A program made the translations under genes and the position numbers. Shown here piece by piece: positions 55,423-61,466 of a DNA stretch of 64,000 nt. The stretch lies in IMG/VR virus record IMGVR_UViG_2706795742_000001, positions 1-64,000 of that record; one strand, written 5' to 3'. The DNA is from a virus. Taxonomy: Duplodnaviria > Caudoviricetes. Position 1 is the first letter of the stretch, and each line of letters opens with the position of its first letter. The notes beneath the pieces were generated by a model that saw only the letters and a list, made by a program, of their open reading frames with translations, was not told the DNA's origin and made no database searches.

Positions 55423-56289
55423 TCAGCGCCCGTTCCAGCCAAGCTCCACGGCGTCGGCGGGGCCGAGCGCCGCGTGAGCGAGCACGTCCGGCGTCAGGCC
55501 GTGGGAGAGGTAGGCAGAGGCTAGGCGACGTAAAAGGGAATTCTCGTCAGTGTTATTTGCACCGGGATTAAACGTGTCTTCCATATCCAGAGTAGAATCA
55601 GTGATGGTCTTTTTAATTTCACCAAAATCAATCTTCTCTGACTTGAACCAGTTAATCCAGCACAACCTAATCTGATTAAGGGTCATGGGATATTGCACGG
55701 TACTTGCTGCAATTTCATGGACTGCATTCAGATTGTCTGTGTACGAATACTGAACAGTGTCAAAACTGCCGTGCTCAGTGACATTAATGTTAATTGGCAC
55801 AAAGATTCCAATGGTAGGAAATACGGGCAACATGAAATGGCCTTCTATTGTCATTTTTGCAAACTCCCGAGAGTTCATAAGCACGGGCCAGATTTTATTG
55901 TCCCATACCACATTTTCGTTGGGGCTACAAGGAAGTAAGTCCGGCCTATTCCTGATCCAATCGGAAAATTGGAACATTCCAAAGTCTCCGGTAACGGGAC
56001 ACAACTTATCGGTGTCACTTACGTCATCGTGATCTGTTGAAAGAATTACATTGCACAAGCCAACCGGGCCGTAGCGTACATGAATATAGAAGTCCTCCTT
56101 GATTATTCTCATGTTTGATTCTTCTAGCTCAGACTCGAAATTGCATGAGAAAAAACTACCGGGCATAAAAGTCGGCGAAGCACCAGGATAAACATGGTCC
56201 ACGATCACGTCCGGAAAAACCGGAGACAGGTCACCCTGCTCCACTCCTGAAAATAGAACCTCTTCCACTTCGTTGATTATATCGTCCAT
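55423..56289 (-). CDS. Hypothetical protein
   Basis: 288 aa, GGAG RBS. Confidence 0.7.
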   Translation of the reverse strand: MDDIINEVEEVLFSGVEQGDLSPVFPDVIVDHVYPGASPTFMPGSFFSCNFESELEESNMRIIKEDFYIHVRYGPVGLCNVILSTDHDDVSDTDKLCPVTGDFGMFQFSDWIRNRPDLLPCSPNENVVWDNKIWPVLMNSREFAKMTIEGHFMLPVFPTIGIFVPININVTEHGSFDTVQYSYTDNLNAVHEIAASTVQYPMTLNQIRLCWINWFKSEKIDFGEIKKTITDSTLDMEDTFNPGANNTDENSLLRRLASAYLSHGLTPDVLAHAALGPADAVELGWNGR

Positions 56290-56291
56290 TT

Positions 56292-56675
56292 TTACTCCGT
56301 TTCTATCATATCTAGCAACTTGAACATATCAATGACGCGAGCCAGTCTTCCCGCGTCATTATCTAATGGCGGCTCCTTTGGAATACCCACCAAAAAATGG
56401 GCTGGTTTTACTTGAACAGGCTTGTCATTATTGTCTTCCTGCTCAGAACCCCCAAATTCCGCACTATTTACTTGAACAGGCTCAGACTTACTGGTCTCAG
56501 TGACAAAAGACCTGTCACCGAAACGGGACTGGCCTTTCGCCGGCGCGGGAGCGTCTGTTTTCTTTTTGCGTGAAGACTTCGGCGTGCCTGGTTTCCTTTT
56601 CTCTGATACAGACTCTTCCAGTGCTCCGCCGAAAAGATCACTCACAGTACGCTCCGTGACATGAATTGCACTCAT
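56292..56675 (-). CDS. Hypothetical protein
   Basis: 127 aa, low-complexity. Confidence 0.6.
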   Translation of the reverse strand: MSAIHVTERTVSDLFGGALEESVSEKRKPGTPKSSRKKKTDAPAPAKGQSRFGDRSFVTETSKSEPVQVNSAEFGGSEQEDNNDKPVQVKPAHFLVGIPKEPPLDNDAGRLARVIDMFKLLDMIETE

Positions 56676-56808
56676 ATCCCGACCACTTAATCATAATAAA
56701 CTCATGCGCACAATCGGGATCACCGCCCCAAATTGGAGTAGTTCGAGGATTCTTGCGACGCTCTACTATATATCCCGGAATCTTTGGTTCTGGGATAGAA
56801 CTAGCCAT
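56638..56808 (-). CDS. Small Cys/His protein (56 aa, not in ORF track)
   Basis: ...WGGDPDCAHEFIMIKWSGYECNSCHGAYCE by hand translation. Confidence 0.6.
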   Translation of the reverse strand: MASSIPEPKIPGYIVERRKNPRTTPIWGGDPDCAHEFIMIKWSGYECNSCHGAYCE

Positions 56809-57511
56809 TTGCAAGAACCTCCCGAGCCTCCTCCTCGGTCACGCCGAAAGTGCTAACGATCTGCTTAATGTCGAATCCACCGGAATGCGCAGCACGAATA
56901 GCGATTGCCGTTCCCTCGTTAACACCAGATGAGACAGGAGCGCTCTTTTTCGAGGGCGCGAGGGTCGAAGTTTTCGGTGCCACAGGGTTTTTCGGCTGGG
57001 CAGTATTCTTCTGGGTTACTGGTCGGCCAGGGACAGTTCCTGTGGCGGCAATATGCAATGCCTCCCCGCTGACCTGCCCCATAAAACCCGGCGTGTCCGG
57101 TGCCGCCTCTCCGAGCTTTTTTGCCTGGTATCGCTTGACGCCGAGCGCGACAACCTGATCCGAATTCTCGAAAAATGGTGCGCAAGCAATCTTAATTGCC
57201 TCTGCCAGCCCACGACCAATTGCGGTCTTTTCGGTTCGCTGCAACTTGTCGTCAAGCCATTCAATTCGAGTCTGGTCAACCAGGTCGCCCTCTTCGTTAT
57301 TGCTTGCACCCTGCCAGGTCATGGCCAGCTCGATATACTTATCGAGTTCAAGCCACATCTGCTGAATAATGGTCGGCGCGCTCATATTTCGTCTCCTGTC
57401 GTGGAAAAAGTCTATGTGATCTTTGAACATACTGCATTGATAACTGGGACTGGTGTCCCAGTCTGCACGCCATTTGCAGACTGGGCACTCAATCTGAACC
57501 GGAACGGCCAT
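56801..57511 (-). CDS. Protein with N-terminal C2H2-like finger and C-terminal HTH-like segment
   Basis: CPVC...HIDFFH; DIKQIVSTFGVTEEEAREVL; TAATG coupling; internal RBS/ATG at 57385. Confidence 0.65.
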   Translation of the reverse strand: MAVPVQIECPVCKWRADWDTSPSYQCSMFKDHIDFFHDRRRNMSAPTIIQQMWLELDKYIELAMTWQGASNNEEGDLVDQTRIEWLDDKLQRTEKTAIGRGLAEAIKIACAPFFENSDQVVALGVKRYQAKKLGEAAPDTPGFMGQVSGEALHIAATGTVPGRPVTQKNTAQPKNPVAPKTSTLAPSKKSAPVSSGVNEGTAIAIRAAHSGGFDIKQIVSTFGVTEEEAREVLANG

Positions 57512-57753
57512 TATCGTTCCAGAACATTTCTCTGATCCAACACCGCCAGGCATTCGTCATCTACATGAATGCCGTACTCGATAATTGGATCATTGTCGAG
57601 AATGTACCGTCTCGCCGAGAGAATATCGTCAAACTCCGGCGACTTTGAATTGGGTTCAACCAATTCCTCGTTGCTTGCGAATCCCTGAGAAATGGCGAAT
57701 TTCTCAGGATTGTTCGGGTGCTTACTGATCCTGTAGTAATTGTCAGCACTCAC
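57511..57753 (-). CDS. Hypothetical protein
   Basis: 80 aa, GGGAG RBS. Confidence 0.7.
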   Translation of the reverse strand: MSADNYYRISKHPNNPEKFAISQGFASNEELVEPNSKSPEFDDILSARRYILDNDPIIEYGIHVDDECLAVLDQRNVLER

Positions 57754-57917
57754 TGCTTTCTCCCTACTTTCCTCGGTCCGACTACGGCGTTCGCTAGCCG
57801 GACTGCTCTCATTTTCTCCGGTCCAATTCCCATTGGATCATACGAAAAACAACCAGGCTCCCCACACACGCATGACTCGAAATTACGGTGATCGTGCTCG
57901 GTTCGCTTTTTTCTCAT
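57750..57917 (-). CDS. Small hypothetical protein (55 aa, not in ORF track)
   Basis: MRKKRTEHDHRNFESCVCGEPGC...; ATGA and GTGA overlaps at both ends. Confidence 0.65.
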   Translation of the reverse strand: MRKKRTEHDHRNFESCVCGEPGCFSYDPMGIGPEKMRAVRLANAVVGPRKVGRKQ

Positions 57918-58153
57918 AGGGTGTACCTGTTCCTGTGCTTTTCAATGACGCGGTGCGCCAAACACTGACCGATGTATTGGAGCGTGTAATTCGGATATGC
58001 GTCCGGGTCATTTACTTTTTCCTGAAACATGGTAGCCAATTGGTGCGGCTCAAGAAGTCCGTACTTTCCCCAGATTTCAAATCTCTGGACTGTTTTTACT
58101 GACTCTTCTGGCTTGTTTTCTTGCTCAGGCATTTGCAATCTCCAATTCCGCAT
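57914..58153 (-). CDS. Hypothetical protein
   Basis: 79 aa in operon. Confidence 0.6.
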   Translation of the reverse strand: MRNWRLQMPEQENKPEESVKTVQRFEIWGKYGLLEPHQLATMFQEKVNDPDAYPNYTLQYIGQCLAHRVIEKHRNRYTL

Positions 58154-58542
58154 GGTCCGTCATGATTTTTTCCAACTGCTATTACTTGAATCCCTGCCAC
58201 GGCTGCTCGCTTAAGGCAATCCATAGTGCCCTTACTATTTGGCATAATGAAAGCCAGGCAAATATCGGCACCATAATCAACCATTTGCTGATTACGTTTC
58301 GGGCCAGCGGACTTTCCGTGCTTGCCCCAGTCTGCCGGGAATTCGGTTACCGTCATATCGAAGTAACCAGAACAGAATCGCGCGGCCATTTCATCGGCAC
58401 CGGGAGCGCCGCCATGAATAAGTTCGCATTCTTTGCTGTACCACTCGAAATCACTCAGAACGTCACAAATCAAGTCCTGAACCATTTGATAGTCATCCCA
58501 ATAACGCGATCCGGTTACTAGAATCTTGTGCTTTAGTGCCAT
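58096..58542 (-). CDS. SLOG/DprA-like (YspA/DUF2493-type) protein
   Basis: VTGSR, IHGGAPGAD, ADW..HGKSAGP.RNQQMV, SKGT. Confidence 0.8.
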   Translation of the reverse strand: MALKHKILVTGSRYWDDYQMVQDLICDVLSDFEWYSKECELIHGGAPGADEMAARFCSGYFDMTVTEFPADWGKHGKSAGPKRNQQMVDYGADICLAFIMPNSKGTMDCLKRAAVAGIQVIAVGKNHDGPCGIGDCKCLSKKTSQKSQ

Positions 58543-58544
58543 GA

Positions 58545-58760
58545 TTATTTCTTTCTTTTGTCAACCACTAGGCTTGGAATTCCCAGCGCCGCCAATCCGT
58601 CTCGTGTTGCTTTTCTTGTTGCTCGCTCTAGTGCAACTTCGGGAACCAAATGATTTGCGCGGATAGCCTCTCCGTACTTATCCATCCATTCCTTCTCCGA
58701 AACTTCGACCTCCATGCACACCGTTACGCGCATGGTGCCCTTTTTCTTGTCGTAAGTCAT
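58545..58760 (-). CDS. Hypothetical protein
   Basis: 71 aa, RBS. Confidence 0.6.
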   Translation of the reverse strand: MTYDKKKGTMRVTVCMEVEVSEKEWMDKYGEAIRANHLVPEVALERATRKATRDGLAALGIPSLVVDKRKK

Positions 58761-58765
58761 TTTCC

Positions 58766-59218
58766 CTACTTGACGTATCGCTCGAAGATTTCTTCCACGT
58801 TAGGATTGTCAGAAACAAGCTCCTTGCAGAAATTGACAAGGTTTTCGACACCCATGTTCTCATGGAATAGGGTGCCGCTAATGATTTCCTTCGCCCATTC
58901 CTCGTCAGTGAACGTCTTGGTGACCACACTCATCATTTTAGAGCGCGTGGTGAGGTATTCTCGCGCAGAGATAACATTGATCGCACCTTCCAGCACATCC
59001 ATGAGAATCATATCTGCGACAGCCGCAAACGAGAACAGGATTACCTGAGCGCCGTTCTCGTAGAACGGTCGGCAGGACATATCCAGCATTTCTTCTACGG
59101 TGACCATATGCTCTTCGCCATTCGGCAAAATGATCTGAATAATCGGCTTCTCAGTGTCGCTAGGAAGAATGCGCAAGTCGTCGGTGCTTTCGGTATTTTC
59201 AGTGCTGTTATCGGTCAT
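58766..59218 (-). CDS. Hypothetical acidic protein
   Basis: Start reassigned to MTDNSTE. Confidence 0.65.
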   Translation of the reverse strand: MTDNSTENTESTDDLRILPSDTEKPIIQIILPNGEEHMVTVEEMLDMSCRPFYENGAQVILFSFAAVADMILMDVLEGAINVISAREYLTTRSKMMSVVTKTFTDEEWAKEIISGTLFHENMGVENLVNFCKELVSDNPNVEEIFERYVK

Positions 59219-59219
59219 T

Positions 59220-59972
59220 TTACTTACCATCTTTCTTGGTTGAGTTGGTGCCACTGGAAACTACAGAGTCGAGTACATTTGAATTTGCATTCATAACCTT
59301 TGCGAACTCATTGAGCATAATCATGTAAAGCGCAGGATCATGGAGCTGCTTTTCTCCCCAGCATTCCTGATAATGCTCAACACAGGAACTGTATAGGTCC
59401 TTGATTTCGGCAAACTCGGTGAGATTATCCTCGTCAATAGTGGGCCAAATGTCATGCCATGCGGCGTCATGTTGCTGAATTCCGCCACCCGCCACCCATG
59501 CGTCTGCTCGAATGAACTCGATTTCGATTCCAGCATTGAAGCACATTTCCGTATAGTGCTGAGAAAGCAAATTAAGAACATCTACATTCTTCTCGACTAC
59601 CGTAATCCGCTCCGTAGCAGGCGCTAGCCGGACCAGGCCATGAATAACCATTCCCAGTCCCAAGCCAGTAACAATTACTGACTTGTACTCACTGGAAATG
59701 CACTTACGAATAAACCACAGGTGATCCATTCGCTCAGAAAAAGTGTCACTCACACAAAGCGAGTCATACATATACAGCGCAGTATATTCTCCCGGTGGAG
59801 TATATGCACGCGGCCCGTTACTGCCAGACATTGAGCGAATTACTTCATCCTGTGTGACCTGAATCTTCTTGACGGAGATATTCTTTCGCTCACCTACGGG
59901 AACATTCACCTTCATGGTGGAAAGCTGTTCGGCAACTTCATTGATTAACATTTCTGCCTTTGTGAGTTTCAC
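59220..59972 (-). CDS. Class I SAM-dependent methyltransferase (spermidine-synthase-like fold)
   Basis: VIVTGLGLGM, ITVVEKN.DV, IRADAW, DAAWHDIW. Confidence 0.78.
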   Translation of the reverse strand: MKLTKAEMLINEVAEQLSTMKVNVPVGERKNISVKKIQVTQDEVIRSMSGSNGPRAYTPPGEYTALYMYDSLCVSDTFSERMDHLWFIRKCISSEYKSVIVTGLGLGMVIHGLVRLAPATERITVVEKNVDVLNLLSQHYTEMCFNAGIEIEFIRADAWVAGGGIQQHDAAWHDIWPTIDEDNLTEFAEIKDLYSSCVEHYQECWGEKQLHDPALYMIMLNEFAKVMNANSNVLDSVVSSGTNSTKKDGK

Positions 59973-60580
59973 TTGGCACGCTCCTTCGGCATTTTGTCAG
60001 CGAATACATTGCAGCGATCCAAAAGCTGCTCGGGTTCCATGTAGTCTCGATACGAACCATCATTCATGGCAAACAGAATTGCATTTCGCAACTGTGCCTT
60101 ACTCCATTTCGTGTGACCTTTGAATGCATTATGCTTTGAAAGTGAACTGTCCTTGATTTCTTTCAGCATTTTCTTGTGAGTCATCCGGTCAATCGTTCCA
60201 CTGTGATTTGCTGCCCACAGATCATTGATTGCCTTATTCAGCCAGCGCGGCACGGTCTCACCAGAGTAATAAGTGCGCACTTCCTCGAAACCATTCGAGC
60301 GAGTATTGAATCCTGCAATATAGTTGCGCTTGTAAACTACAGCCTTATGGAAGAATGATCCAAAGGTATAGATTTTGATATGATCCGGAACGAACTTTTT
60401 GGCATGAATCCATACCGTCTTACCGCCGATTTCTCCGCATACCGACCTGGTATCTGGCAGCACCGGCGCAGCATTATGAACAATGCCATGAGTTACGGCG
60501 TAAATCTTTGTCTCAGAGTACGGATAAAGTTCTGCGTGAGCCTGAGTTTTCTTGCTTGTCTTGCTTGTCTTGCCTGTCAT
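59969..60580 (-). CDS. Hypothetical basic protein
   Basis: 203 aa, AGGA RBS. Confidence 0.7.
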   Translation of the reverse strand: MTGKTSKTSKKTQAHAELYPYSETKIYAVTHGIVHNAAPVLPDTRSVCGEIGGKTVWIHAKKFVPDHIKIYTFGSFFHKAVVYKRNYIAGFNTRSNGFEEVRTYYSGETVPRWLNKAINDLWAANHSGTIDRMTHKKMLKEIKDSSLSKHNAFKGHTKWSKAQLRNAILFAMNDGSYRDYMEPEQLLDRCNVFADKMPKERAK

Positions 60581-60628
60581 TTTTTGTTTCCTGCCTGAAA
60601 AAACTCTGTGCTGTGTTTGTTAAACATT

Positions 60629-60705
60629 TCCCCCAAATATTCGGGGTAAATACTTGAGAAAAAATCCCCCAAATATTCCCCCAAATACTTGAAGCTAATA
60701 CTTGA
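60629..60705. repeat. Interleaved direct repeats TCCCCCAAATA x3 and AATACTTGA x3
   Basis: Copies at 60629, 60665, 60677 and at 60649, 60684, 60697. Confidence 0.8.
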
Positions 60706-60716
60706 AGCCTATCCGG

Positions 60717-60908
60717 CTAGCGCGGCTGCTCTGCGATGATTTCCTTTCCGCCGTCGCGGTACCACTTGACGAATTTGACGGCCTCTTCGTAGAAACCGCT
60801 CGCGGGATTGAGGTCCCGCGTTCCCTTAATGAGAATTTCGCTCAGCGGAACCGTCTTTGAAATAAGGTTCGCTTCTTCGGTTGTTACTGTGATCTTTTCG
60901 GTTGCCAC
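60717..60908 (-). CDS. Small hypothetical protein
   Basis: 63 aa, GTG start. Confidence 0.55.
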   Translation of the reverse strand: MATEKITVTTEEANLISKTVPLSEILIKGTRDLNPASGFYEEAVKFVKWYRDGGKEIIAEQPR

Positions 60909-61024
60909 GGTGAAATCTTTCTATGCGTTGATTAACGGGGTCTGGCATATAGCCGGCGAGCTAGGCTGTGATATTCGTGAACCTGGAAAATTCCCCCTAA
61001 GTCTCTGTTATTGCTTTCTGTCTC

Positions 61025-61242
61025 TGCTGAGCGTGTCCCTACGCGGCCCGCTGAGCGCTCCCCTGTACGTTGCCGGTACTCGGTGACCAGCGACCGGAAA
61101 ACGTCGCCTAGCGGGCCGCTCAGCGGGTAATCCTGAGCGCGTCGGCGCGGGCCGCTGAGCGGGTCGCCGGGTGACCAGCGCCGACGCTCAGCGGGTACCG
61201 GCCACCGGCGCGCGCTGAGCCGGTACGTCGGCACGCTGAGCG
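61025..61242. repeat. GC-rich array of palindromic CGCT(G/C)AGCG
   Basis: Perfect copies at 61049, 61117, 61153, 61185, 61234; near-copies at 61025, 61105, 61132, 61213. Confidence 0.8.
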
Positions 61243-61402
61243 GGTAACGCGCTGCCCAGCGTGCCGACGTACCGGCGCATTACGTCACTGTGACGAATGG
61301 AATCTGACCGGCTGAAAGTGCAGACGTACCGACTTATTAAACTCGGCGCGTTCTCTAGCTCGGTATATTTTTGTCGACACGGCAGTTTCGTAAATCCGCC
61401 CG

Positions 61403-61439
61403 ATATGCTCGGTTCGGTTAAGAACCGAGCCAAGCATAT
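61403..61439. terminator. Hairpin downstream of the vWA gene
   Basis: GCTCGGTTC/GAACCGAGC 9-bp stem with ATAT/ATAT outer pairing. Confidence 0.5.
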
Positions 61440-61466
61440 TCGCCGGGCCGGTGTGAATTGCACTCA

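Noticed and set aside
56638-56808. Apparent frameshift in the small DPDCAHE gene
   Set aside because: Recount shows a 3-T run and an intact 56-aa frame
60629-61242. CRISPR-like array
   Set aside because: Repeats are 9-14 bp with irregular spacing, and no cas operon is present; the Cas4-like nuclease is a common phage recombination exonuclease
60932-61463. ORFs of 100 aa and 91 aa across the repeat region
   Set aside because: No RBS, R/P/A-rich composition explained by the DNA repeats; treated as non-coding
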